The position numbers and the translations under genes were made by a program. A stretch of DNA of 60,000 nucleotides from Camelus dromedarius. Its lineage: Eukaryota. A model generated the notes under the pieces. The model was not told where the DNA came from, did no database searches, and was given only the letters and a program-made list of their open reading frames with translations. This document shows, in pieces, positions 1 to 10,560 of this stretch (its first letter is position 1; each line of letters opens with the position of its first letter). Location of the stretch: the NCBI RefSeq assembly GCF_036321535.1, contig NC_087437.1:113710001-113770000 (forward strand), written 5' to 3'.

Positions 1-83
1 GCTGACCACTATGCCGGGCTCAGACTTCTGACACTGCCAGGCTACCCAACTTGTGGTTCTGTGGTTGTTTATGAGGCCCAAAG
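1..83 (-). other. RUNX1: RUNX1 P1 (RUNX1c) first exon, 5' UTR portion; the gene continues off the left edge and the ATG is outside the window
   Basis: Reverse complement CTTTGGGCCTCATAAACAACCACAGAACCACAAGTTGGGTAGCCTGGCAGTGTCAGAAGTCTGAGCCCGGCATAGTGGTCAGC is nearly identical to the human RUNX1 P1 transcript 5' end as I recall it. TSS approximately 83-87. Confidence 0.93.
52..66 (+). promoter_or_regulatory. Two tandem RUNX consensus sites (TGTGGTT x2) in the P1 5' UTR
   Basis: TGTGGTT at 52-58 and 60-66. Paired RUNX sites are a known conserved feature of RUNX-family P1 leaders. Confidence 0.9.
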
Positions 84-330
84 AAGTTTTCACACAACCC
101 AAATTACAAATTTAACTGTTCCCCTTTCCTCCGCCCATCTTCATTGGTTCCTGCCAATCACGTGACTCCAGTGATGTCAATTTCTTTTTCTTTTTTTTTT
201 CCTCTAACTTTCTGAGCAATGCCCTTCCTTCCCTCCACCTGCCCTCCCCCAAGACTGTGCAAGAAAATAGCTGAGGAGACTTTGCAAGAGAGGGACTGGA
301 GAAAAAAGTGACTCAGTCTCTTATTATATC
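84..330 (-). promoter_or_regulatory. RUNX1: RUNX1 distal (P1) promoter
   Basis: Directly upstream of the P1 exon. GC box CCGCCC 131-136, inverted CCAAT pair (ATTGG 143-147, CCAAT 154-158), E-box TCACGTGA 158-165, CRE-like TGATGTCA 172-179, AP-1 TGACTCA 309-315. Confidence 0.85.
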
Positions 331-996
331 CATGGGCTTTGCTGATTTGGTACAACTTGAGTCCTGTTGTTGTTATTTGTGGTTTTAGGGATGCCTGATG
401 ATTTTGATAAAAATTTCATTGCTGCTTATTCAATAGTAATTCAAACCCTGGCATCAGGTGGCTGCTCAGACAGGATGTGGAACCCATCGTTTAAGACACT
501 GGGCATGGGCTCAGGAGCATTCAGCCCTTGGTAAAGACCATCCCAGCAGTGAAACTATAAAAGGAAAAGCAAAACAAAAGGAAATGCTTTGACGAGAGTC
601 TGACCCCTGAAAGGGTCTAGCAACTTGCTGGTACTTTAAAGCCTGAGAAAAGGAAAGCATCATTTTAATTTTGTGACAAAAAGCCCATTTTAATAAAACC
701 CAAATGATGTGGTTTTGTTCCTCCTAACATCTTCTCAATAAAGAGATAAATTCATGTACCCTCTCTCTCTCACACACACACGTTGAAATGAGGAAGCTAA
801 AGGAAAACAAAGAAAAGAGAGATTCTGTCTTTGGGCTCAAAGATACCTTGCAACTGTTAACTTTTTATTTTCACCCAGGGAAGATCCTGTATCCCTTTTG
901 TCTAGTTCAATTCACATCAACGGGCTAATTCATACCTGTAGGTAAAACTCTGCCCAGCGCTACTGGAAATGCACTTTGAATGCGTTAAGAAGACGT

Positions 997-1202
997 CATT
1001 ATAGGCTATTACAAGGTACTGAATATACTTCCCTGTGTTATTCAGTAGGACCTTGTTGCTTATCTATTTTACATATAGCAGTTAGTACAACGAAAAAGAA
1101 TATGAAAATGAATATATACATGTATAGGGAAAAATGAACCACTCTGCTGTACGTCAGAAATTAACACAACATTGTATATCAACTATACTTCAATTAAAAA
1201 AA
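997..1202 (+). mobile_element. Truncated L1 3' end with 5' inversion
   Basis: 997-1087 is L1 3' UTR sequence on the minus strand. 1088-1202 continues the same UTR on the plus strand to a poly-A. Flanks AGAAGACGTCATTA / AGAAGATGACTTCATTA resemble a target-site duplication (TSD). Confidence 0.8.
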
Positions 1203-1556
1203 CAGAAGATGACTTCATTACAGGTAGAGGGACCAGAGGGGACGCTTCTCCCCTTCCCATGGGGTTGACTCAGGAGAATTATGTAGCTCATCCTCTACCT
1301 TAGGAAAAAGACATGCCTACTTGGGAGTGCGAAAAATAGGCTAGCTCTGCATGTGGGCTAGCACACGGAGCACGCATACTTATTTATTTTTCCTGTCCAT
1401 AGGTTTTACCTGTTAACAAACAAAATAGTGTTCATTTCGGGGTTCGAAAATAAACACTCTCTTTCCCCCTTAATTACTTTATTTCTTTTGCTGCCCTCTA
1501 TGTACATTCTCCACGGCCCTCTGTACAGTTTCAATGCACACATTCAAGACACTGTG

Positions 1557-1798
1557 AAAGGGGGTGGGAAGGGACAAATTGGGAGTTCGAGGTTTACAGA
1601 TACTAACTACTATATATAAAAAATAAACACCAAGTTTCTACTGCACAGCACAGGGAAGTATATTCAGTATCTTATAGTAACCTATAATGAAAAAGAATCT
1701 GAAAACACATGCATGTATGTGTATGACTGAAGCATGATACTGTACACCAGAAACTGACACAACATTGTAAACTGACTATACTTTAATTAAAAAAAAAG
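1557..1798 (+). mobile_element. L1 3' UTR fragment, cetartiodactyl-type
   Basis: GGGTGGGAAGGGACAAATTGGGAG...ACAGCACAGGGAAGTATATTCAGTATCTT...CAACATTGTAAACTGACTATACTTTAATT then poly-A. Homologous to the copies at 997-1202 and 15224-15761. Confidence 0.88.
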
Positions 1799-2841
1799 TT
1801 TGTTCGAGGAAAGAAAATGACACCATCAATGCTCCCAAGGAAAATGCTTTTCGGGGAAAGTTCTGAATATTTTATTACAGACTATTCAACAAATTGTAAT
1901 TTTGAAGAGAGGACCAAATGAATTTGTTTTATTTAAGTAAAAAAAAAAAAAATCATTTGAAAAGAAAAAAAGAGAGACACACCGTGTAAGACGAGCAGTT
2001 TGCAAATGCCAAGCCTGGATTCCAAGCTGTGTCCATGACACCGTGACAACCAGCAAAGGCATTTTGTAAAGTCAGTACTATCAGGGCACCCCCTCGGGTT
2101 TTGCCTCACACACCAGTGATAACATGTTCACGGGCAGTGGAGCAGGGCCTCTGAAAAGAACAGACATGATTTTTACTTACTCTTGTTTTGACTAAAGCAG
2201 GAATTGAAACTCAAGAGCCGGCTTTCTCCCAGACTTGTGTGAAGTTAGCTTGCCAAATGTTGACACCTTATTAATATTTAAGAGAATAATAATGTGTGTA
2301 TTTCTTGTATGAAGTTTATGAAGCTCTCAATGTAGCGCGTGTTGCAGAGACCTCTCAGTGCAAATCCCTTGTTAAGATAATTAACAGGATGTTGCTGCGC
2401 TCCCTGATAAAGTCAAGTCTGGTTAAGCCCTGTATCAGAACCTATTTTCTCTCTTCTGTGCTTAATACTCCCCGCAAGGCTCCTTGGAGCTCTGTGCTGT
2501 AACAGGCTGCTGCCACTTCAGAGTCAACTCAGACTTAATAATGACTGCGAAATTCAAGTGGTGATGCAGCTAAATCCCTTGGATATTTCATTTTAGAAAC
2601 TCCCCAGATGCTTTTAGCCTTCGGTGTCCAGATGCTTGAGGGGAGGGTCAGGGTGTGTCAGCTCAAAGGCCCAAATTCTTGGCTTTTCTCTGCGGGCCTA
2701 GCTGGAGTGGAATATGCATCTTTCCTAGTGGGGTCTTCCTGGCACAGGTCAAGTTTAAAGATGACGGTAAGGCATATGTTTGCTGAGGTCTCGCGGTGTT
2801 TTGTAATCATCTGTAACCATGGGCGCTGGGGTTTCAGCGGG

Positions 2842-2855
2842 GCACCAGGGGGCAG
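2842..2855 (+). promoter_or_regulatory. Candidate CTCF site upstream of P1
   Basis: GCACCAGGGGGCAG matches the CTCF core CCACCAGGGGGCAG at 13 of 14 positions. Confidence 0.55.
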
Positions 2856-4071
2856 AGTCTGAAGGTCTGCATGCTGGCCCTGGGCTGCCTTACCCTGGGT
2901 GGTTTGCCACAAGAGCCCCAGCAGAACTTCCCAGCTTGGTGAGGCAACAGTTGGAGTTCTTCTGGGCATCTTCCAAGTCCTGCCAATAACAGAGACTCAG
3001 CCGGCCGCTGATGAACTTGGCCTTACCACTTCCTTTGGGACCCAAGACGAAAGGACACGTGTGTCATCCGTGAACCACCCAGAGAGATCTTCAACCCTAT
3101 CTCAGCTAGAACTGCGCAGGATTCTTTGTCTGTGTGCTGACCCACACCCTGTGCCTCCTTCCTACAAGTGACTCAGACTCTGGGCTGCGGGCTTGGGAAT
3201 CGTAACCCAAGTGGTGGCAGCGACTGTGTCTTTGCCAAGTAATTGGGTGGCGGTTCTCATCCTCACTCACGTTGGCTCCAGCTTCTATTAGGGGGCAGAT
3301 ATGCTCAGGTGTCACTTTTAATGGCTCTGTAAAAATACCAGCAAAGGCGGCAAGATGCGTTTTTGTGTAACCCCGTAATTAACATACAGACTTCTGTGTG
3401 TAGTCCAGTCCAGTCCACGAGGTTTTTCATGACATGATTACCGCACACACACTGTCTCTGAACGTGTTTATTGTTAAAAAGATTCTCTGGCCAGAAAATG
3501 GAGGCAGAGGAGGTCCCCCTAAACTGTAGATCGTCTAAAATTCCAGGAAGACAAGGCTGCTAAATTCTCTCTCCATAACACACATTTCCATTATTTTCTA
3601 AATCTTTGTGGTAACAGAGGTGTTATCCAGAAACTTCCATGCCATGCCGGCAATGACTTCAATGATGATTTTTAAACTGGGACACAGACGTCAGAGCTTC
3701 ATGGAATGAATATAATCTGCTCTTGGCAGATCCTGAGTTTTAAAATAACCAGGGAGCTCGGCAGGCCCAAATGTGAAAGGTTTTCTGTCCTGGACTTTCA
3801 TGATGGTGTCCACAGTCGGGCACATCTGTCTGAGGTACCAAACCCTCACTTCTCTGGATGAAAGGATGATTCACATTTAAGATATTATTTTATAGTCAGG
3901 CAAGAGTTTCGGTATTTATTTCTTAAACTTCCCTAGATAAAGATGTATAGTTCAATGGGGAAATAGGATTTCAAAATAAAAAAAGGCATTGAAACCAGCC
4001 CATCAAATAAAACCTGTCTCGTGGTATAAAAAGCTGTTTAATGATCATTGTTTCAGATGTAACAGTTTAAA

Positions 4072-4223
4072 CTGTGTTGCTGCGCCAAGATCGGCCTGTG
4101 CACCAGCAGCGTGGACGTCACACGAGGAACTTGAACTTGTTAGGAATCAGAATCTCGGGCTCCACCTGAGCCTACAAGATCAACCAGGTGATTCTTACAC
4201 ACAGTAAAGTTTGAGAAGCGTTG
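4072..4223 (+). mobile_element. MER5A-like hAT-Charlie MITE
   Basis: CCAGCAGC...ACTTGTTAGGAATCAGAATCTCGGGCTCCACC...CCAGGTGATTCTTACACACAGTAAAGTTTGAGAAGC. Confidence 0.75.
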
Positions 4224-5224
4224 GGCAGAGGGAAGTGGCGTGTATGTAGGAATTTGGTAAAGAAAGCATATGATCATTTTTCTCCATTCTTTGACATCGC
4301 TTTTTTCCTTCGAACTTTCTGAAAGCTCTGACTTCTCTACCTTATTACCTTGGAACAATTTTGTAAGCTCTGGATGTTGCTAGACAGCAGAAACTCCCAA
4401 GAGGCATGGCTCATGTTCTCCAAGAGCATCCTTGGATTGTCACTCAGACCTTTCGACTCAAGTGCTGGGTTTGGGTCATGTTTATAGTAGGAGTCCCCGT
4501 GAGCTCCCTCTGCCAAGCTGCTGGCCACTCACATGCAAACAGAAGGCTTTTTCCTCCAGGGGCATCAAACTCTCAGTTTTCACCTCGTTTGCAGTTTGGA
4601 AACGCAGTCATCCTGTGAGTTCTTCCAGACGCCTAGTGTGTGTTCATGTGGCAGCGCGGCAGGTGGCCTCAGGAGTCCCAGAGTGGGCTCGCCCTCCCCT
4701 CACTGGTTACCTGCCACGGCTCTCTAGCCACAGTCTTGCTGATGTCACTCCCTGTGATCTGGTCCAGGAGAAGGGACCCAGCCTGACACTGTACCCTCTT
4801 GTAACAGCCAAGCCTTCCCGAGTCCAGAGGCCCCGTTGACACAGACCCCCGGCAGTATGGCTACTTCTTTCATATGCGTCTGGATCCTCTCAGACCTGCC
4901 TCAGGCCAACAGTCTTGTTGGGAATAGTTTCTTCTTACAGCATTTTGGCCCTTCTGCTTCTGGTGCCATTTGAAACCGGGAGGATAAAGCTGGAAAACTT
5001 AAACAAACCCTCTTTGAATGTTAGAAATGTTCAGTATTCGAGGTTTGGTCAAATGATGGAAAACATTTCGAGTTGGTACTGAACTTGCCAGTTCCTCCAA
5101 ACCTTGAGGTTAATTTTAGCACGAGATCCAGGCAGGGAAAGCTAAGGGAAATGAGGAAACCAAAATTACTCTGAGTTAGAGAAGCCAGAATTCTGACATT
5201 GGTTAGAGGGCATGGAATTCAATA

Positions 5225-5420
5225 ATGCAGTTTGTGCAGCAAAGAACGATGCGGATCCCCGGTCTGAACAAAGCTCCCGGCTTCAGGAACTTCGGACTTT
5301 TATTGTCGTTGCCACCCGTTTTCCTGGTGGTAGGCAAATTAACAAACTTCCACGTGACTCTTTAGGAACTGAAACATAATAGTACCTTTTTCACTGGGGT
5401 GCTGGGAGCATCAGTAATTT
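5225..5420 (+). mobile_element. Degenerate MIR SINE
   Basis: Weak MIR core similarity (GGCAAATTAACAAACTTC...ATAATAGTACCT). Confidence 0.4.
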
Positions 5421-7391
5421 TTGGACTATGCAAAGTGGTTTTGAATGGAACAAGAAGGAGACTTGTGGTTGACATTTCAATATGGAAAAATGCAATATGT
5501 GGATTTAAATACTTGCACTTGCCAGGTGTCACAAAGACATGGCATGAGGACCTTAAATGAGAGGTCTGGGTAAGGAGGACTTGAAAATGTCCTCCACAGT
5601 TGACGCTGGAGAAATCCTCAGTGTTTATCCCTTAATTACTGAATCAAATGTTCTTTTGGAATAAAATCATTCAGCCCTACAGATGCGGGCTGCAAATTAT
5701 TACAGAACCACAGCATGTCAAAATGTAAAAGTATCAACTCTGCTGAAAGAACAAAATATCACTCTTCAGATCTGCGGTGGGTATTTTCATTTCCTCCTTC
5801 TTAAATTCCCTCCCTAACTGCTGCCAGTTTGGACACTGGTTGGATTTCTGGGAGGAGAGCAGGAAGAAAGACCTTGTTCATGTTCTGTTCTGATTTCATC
5901 TTCTTCTCAAGTTTTTAGTTTATTCAAAGCAGAAAAAAGAAACCAAGGTGTCACCTTATGCCATCCCAGTTGCTTGGCTGCCTCAGCCTCTGGGCTGCCT
6001 GTGTGTGACCAGTCACTCAACATCCCCACTGGGACCCGGGGTCTTTGGAGATACATATGCGTACGGAGATTTTATTGAAGACACAGTTTCCTACATAATA
6101 CTTCTATCTGAGATAATATTCTTCGCAGGATAAGGAGGTTTTGAGGACTGGCAAGCATTAGTGGAACTAAAGGACTACTGAGAGGTAGAATGGAAGAGCA
6201 TTCATTTGGGTTTCCATCATCAGGGGGCAATCAATGATCTTTGCTTGCAGGACACATTAGAGCTTTAATGGCCTTTGTTTATTACAGAGATCTTATCCTT
6301 AGTTTGTTTCTCTGTGCTTTTTCGGATGTGACCAATGCTTGTTGACATTTCTCAAATTTATATTGAAAATGGAGACTCAAGACATTAGATTTTGCCCGTG
6401 TGGACCGCTTGGTGTGAACTGGGACTCCAGGACTTACTGAAATGCAGAGCAGTTGTTCAATGGACATTAAGAGGTTTCAGAAAATCAATCTAATGAATGT
6501 TGAAAGGCTCGGAATTTTACCCAAATCATCTGGGACTCTCAAAAAAATATTGAGGTCCTTGAGAACAGTGTTCCTTATGTCTACATTAATATCATTGCCA
6601 ACGAAAAGACTTTCAGGGAATATACACTTTGCCAAATTTTGCAGGCGAACTTTAACCTTTTCCTGCTGTGCCTTTGTCTTTGTTAAGGAATCCATCACTG
6701 CCCTTCTGACTGGTCTTTTTAAATGACAACATTTCCATGACATGATGGGCCTCCTTTCTCTCTGTCCCCTACCTTGGACATGGCCACAGCCATGAACGTA
6801 CGTATGTGTGTGTGTATGTATTTAGCTTTATCCTCACTCAAAAATTCAGGTCTCTCCATCTATGTGAGCTATTTCCAACTGTATGAATTTACATATGGGT
6901 CCCACCCCTCCCCATCACCCTGCTCAGGCTCATGATTTTTCTGCTTCTCTGCCTCCAGTGAGCGGTACATCTCTCAAGGATGTCCTATATCACAGCAAAA
7001 TTTGGTAAAGTGCATGTTCCCTGAAAGTTTTTTCACAGACAATTATATTAATGTAGGCATAGGACCAATATCCTGTATTTCATAGCAGTGTTGCTTTCCT
7101 TTAATTCTTGTTATCACAACATGGATTCACTTGTCTTAACCTTTGGCAGAATTCTCCAATTCCTCCTTTATCCCCTTCATTCTTTGTCTCTTCCAGTCTT
7201 TTCTCTGGGCTTCCCCAAAGATCGGGAACACTCCACTCTCCCTGACTAACCTGCAACTCAGTTACTTCACTGAGTATTTCCTAACCTCAGGCGAGGTCGA
7301 CTTGGTCGTGCTCAGAAGAAGGTTTACAATCTTATGAACCATTCACATAAGAAATGAAATGAATAATAAATATCAAAATGACGGGTCTGGC

Positions 7392-7541
7392 CAGGGCTGA
7401 GACTGAGGAGAGCAGAGTGAGGCTCCCAGGATGCAATATGTAAGGAAGCACTGACTCTGGAGGTGCATGACCCTCAGAGTGAGCGCCTCCTTACATTTTG
7501 CACTCTAGGGGCCTCTCTGTCTCACCCTAGCTCAGACCCTG
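7392..7541. mobile_element. MER96-like palindromic hAT MITE
   Basis: Termini CAGGGCTGAGACT / CTAGCTCAGACCCTG. Internal arms GCAATATGTAAGGAAGCACTGACTCTG and CAGAGTGAGCGCCTCCTTACATTTTGC are reverse complements. Confidence 0.8.
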
Positions 7542-7639
7542 GGCTCACAAAACTGATCAGAGACCACGGGCTGGGCAGAGAGTGGCGTCTGAGTCAGTGA
7601 GAAATTGTGTGACTGAGAAGTCTATAAGCACAGAATAGT

Positions 7640-8000
7640 GGAGTCCTGAGCTGGACCTTGGCAGATATGCATTTCATTTTGTTTCACTGGACACGTACAT
7701 TTTTGACAGATAAAAGGACAGATGGGGCAGAGCTCTGAGGCCAAAGGCAGATCAGAAATAAACTCATCTGCTTGGGAGATAGTGAGCAGCCCAGTCTGGC
7801 AGGAAGAGAAGAGTTGACGATGGGGATCAGAGAAGGACCCATTTAGAAAGAAAAAACTTGTGCCAAGTACAGGAGGACCTCAAAGGCCAGGATAAGGAAT
7901 TTGCTTTCGTTCTTTACATGATGGGGAGCTGTCAAAAGCTTTAGACCAGGAAAGTGATGGGATGGAATTGGAGATTTCAGCAAATTGATCTGGCAGTGGT
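7640..8000 (-). mobile_element. L2 LINE fragment
   Basis: Purine-rich L2-like blocks, for example GCCAGGATAAGGAATTTGCTTT...ATGGGGAGCTGTCAAAAGCTTTAGACCAGG. Confidence 0.6.
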
Positions 8001-8029
8001 ACCTCTGGTTATTTGGTTCATCTGCCAAC

Positions 8030-8170
8030 TCTTGAGAGCAGGGTCTTGGCTATGGTTGGTCATTATTGTGCCTCCAGCATCTATCACTGTGCTTGGGGTG
8101 TAGAAACTTTCTGAATGAATGAATGAATGGGTGGACTGATGGACAGACAGATGGATAGATGGATAGATGA
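8030..8170 (+). mobile_element. L2 3' end with (TGAA)n and (GGAT/AGAT)n tail
   Basis: CTTGAGAGCAGGG...CTCCAGCATCTATCACTGTGCTTGG...TGAATGAATGAATG. Confidence 0.65.
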
Positions 8171-8289
8171 GGCTGTATTAAGACAGGAGGCGGGGGAATC
8201 AAGCTGGGACACTTCAGCTACAGGGTAGCAAGCATCTTAACTAAGGCTATGGGTAGTGTGGATACAGGGCAACAGGACTGTGCTAGGCT

Positions 8290-8710
8290 GACTGCATTAA
8301 CAGCCTCAGTTTTCATTCCTCCTGTAACCACACCTTTTGCCCTGTAACTGTGGTCCCCTCCCATTCTGACCCTGAGCTCAGCCTTATGATTTGCTTTGGC
8401 CAATGGGACAGTAACCAACTTGATGGAAGCAGTGGCTTAGGAAAATGCTTGCATCCTTGAATGTACCTAGGCAGGTGCACTGGAGGGTGAGATACATGGA
8501 AGACTGTCATTGTCCCAGTTGAGGCCACCCTACATTAGCCAGTAGCCAGCTGACCCTCAGACACTTAACAAGCCTAACCCAGAAGAACTGACCAGCCAGA
8601 CCCAACCATGACCAGCAGAATTGCCTAGACTTCCCATAGATGTGTTAGCAGTAACACACAGTGGTTGTTAGAAACCATAGTTTAGGGGGTGGTTTGTAAA
8701 ATTTCATAAG
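8290..8710 (+). mobile_element. MLT1 (MaLR) solo LTR
   Basis: GAGCTCAGCCTTATGATTTGCTTTGGCCAATGGGAC and the 3' motif GGTTGTTAGAAACCATAGTTTAGGGGGTGGTTTGT. Confidence 0.7.
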
Positions 8711-9418
8711 TGTGGCAGTGGTTTTTGTTGTGGAAGAGGCAGATGCAGAAAGCAGCTGCACTGAGCTGCTGGCTGAGATAACAAGCAGAATCATTAATTT
8801 TCAAAGTGAAAGAAAATAGAAAAGCTGAAGATGGGGAATCCATACAAGAAGGAAGTGGAAGGAGGCAGGAGTCCATGGAAGGGTGGTGAGAGAACTAAAA
8901 CAGAGAAAAAGGAAGCTCGGTGTAAGCCAAAGGAGGAAGAGCTTTCAAAGGATGGGTGGGAAATAGAGTTAGATGCTAGAAAGAGAGAGACCAGAAAAAC
9001 AAAAAACAATGAAAGGTCAACAGATTTCACAAGAAGGAGCCACTTGAAATCTATTCCTCTTCAGACTAAACAGAAGAGTGACATCCAGTTTTGCTGGTCT
9101 GCAGACAAGCAGCTCCTCTTTTGCTCCAATAAAAAGCTTACATAAAATTAATTATTACATGTTTATGTTTGTCCAAGTGTATCTAAGTTGGTTATATGGC
9201 TTTTTCTTTTTCAGTTCAATTCAAAAAATGTCTATAGAGCATCTATTGTGAGAATGGAGAGAAAGTCCATCTAAAGAGAGAAAGATTTGGGGTATTGTTT
9301 GTTGCTGTAGTCTATGAAATGGCTAGATTTTTGAGGGTGTGTTTAAGATGGGCTGTCCTGGGGCAAATGAAGTGACTTTTCAGAGAGGGAGTGAAAGACG
9401 AAACTCAAGTGGCTTTCC

Positions 9419-9870
9419 AAAAGGTGGAAATAACCCAAAGTGTCTATCAATGGATGAATGGATAAACAAACTGTGGTCTATCCAGACAACAGAATGGTAT
9501 TCTGTCATAAAAAGGAATGACATCTTGATATGTATTATAATACAGATGGACCTTGGAAACATCATGCTAACTGAAATAAGTCAGACACAGAACGACCAGT
9601 ATCATATGATTCCACTTACGTGAAGTGCCTGGAGTAGACAAATTTAGAGGCAGAAAGTACAGTAGTAGTTACCAGGGGCTGAGAGCAAGGGGGACTGAGG
9701 AGTCATTGTTTAATGGGTACAGAGTTTCAGCTCGGGACAATGAACAATCCTGGAGATGGATGGGGTGATGACTGCACAACATTATAAGTATGATGGTTCA
9801 TGCCACTGAAGTGTACACTTTTGAATGGTTAAAATGATAAATATGTATATTTTACCACAATAAAGAAAAA
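9419..9870 (+). mobile_element. L1MB-like 3' end
   Basis: AACCCAAAGTGTCTATCAATGGATGAATGGATAAAC...GGACCTTGGAAACATCATGCTAA...TTTTACCACAATAAAG. Flanked by similar (C/A)TCAAGTG sequences. Confidence 0.9.
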
Positions 9871-10065
9871 TCAAGTGTTTTTTATGATTGGATCCAGTGA
9901 GCTCTTTGTGTCCAAAATAGCTGACTATATCCATGGTGGGACTCCTGTGTGTCGGTTCACAAAGCTTCAGGGTGGGTAGCAGTGGGATTTATTCATTTAT
10001 GATTGTTTATCTCCCTTAGCAACGCTGGGTTAGCCGGTTTAAAATAAATACATCCCAGATTTGTA

Positions 10066-10560
10066 CAGGCATACCTCCCTGTATCGTGCTTCCACTGAGC
10101 GCACTTATTAGATACTTCAGTTTTGCACAAACTGAAAGTTTGAGGCAACCCTGTGTCCAGCAAGTCTAAAAAGGCGCCATTTTTCCAACGGCATTTGCTC
10201 GCTTTGTGTCTCTGCGTCACGTTTCAGTGATTCTCACCATCTTTCAAACCTATTATTATGTTCATTATGGTGATCTGTGATCGGTGATCTTTGATGTTAC
10301 TCTTGCAAAACCTTTACGACTCTCTGAAGGCTCAGATGCTCGTCAGCATTTTTTAGCAATAAAGTATTTTTAGTTAGGGTATGTACATTGTTTTTTTAGG
10401 CATAGAGCTGTTTTACACTTAACAGATTACCGTATAGGGTAAGCATCACTTTTAAATACATATTAGGAAAACAAAAAATTCAGGTGACTCACTTTATTGT
10501 GACTATTAATTTATTGCTGTGGTCTGGAACTGAAGCTGCAGCATCTCTGCGGTCTGCCTG
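10066..10560 (+). mobile_element. Internally deleted Tigger1 (Tigger1a-like), TcMar DNA transposon
   Basis: Starts TA|CAGGCATACCTC and ends GCGGTCTGCCTG (terminal inverted repeats). About 495 bp, with Tigger1 internal motifs. Confidence 0.88.

Noticed and set aside
6090..6133. Possible COX3 NUMT (peptide IILLSEIIFFAG resembles COX3 ILFIxSEVFFFAG)
   Set aside because: The similarity covers only ~40 bp, needs a gap and does not extend either side. Most likely coincidence.
8831..9145. 104-aa Lys/Glu-rich ORF
   Set aside because: A by-product of purine-rich low-complexity sequence, with no domain signal.
9339..9623. 94-aa ORF (NPKCLSMDEWINKLW...) as a gene
   Set aside because: It is the translated C-terminal end of L1 ORF2 within the L1MB relic.
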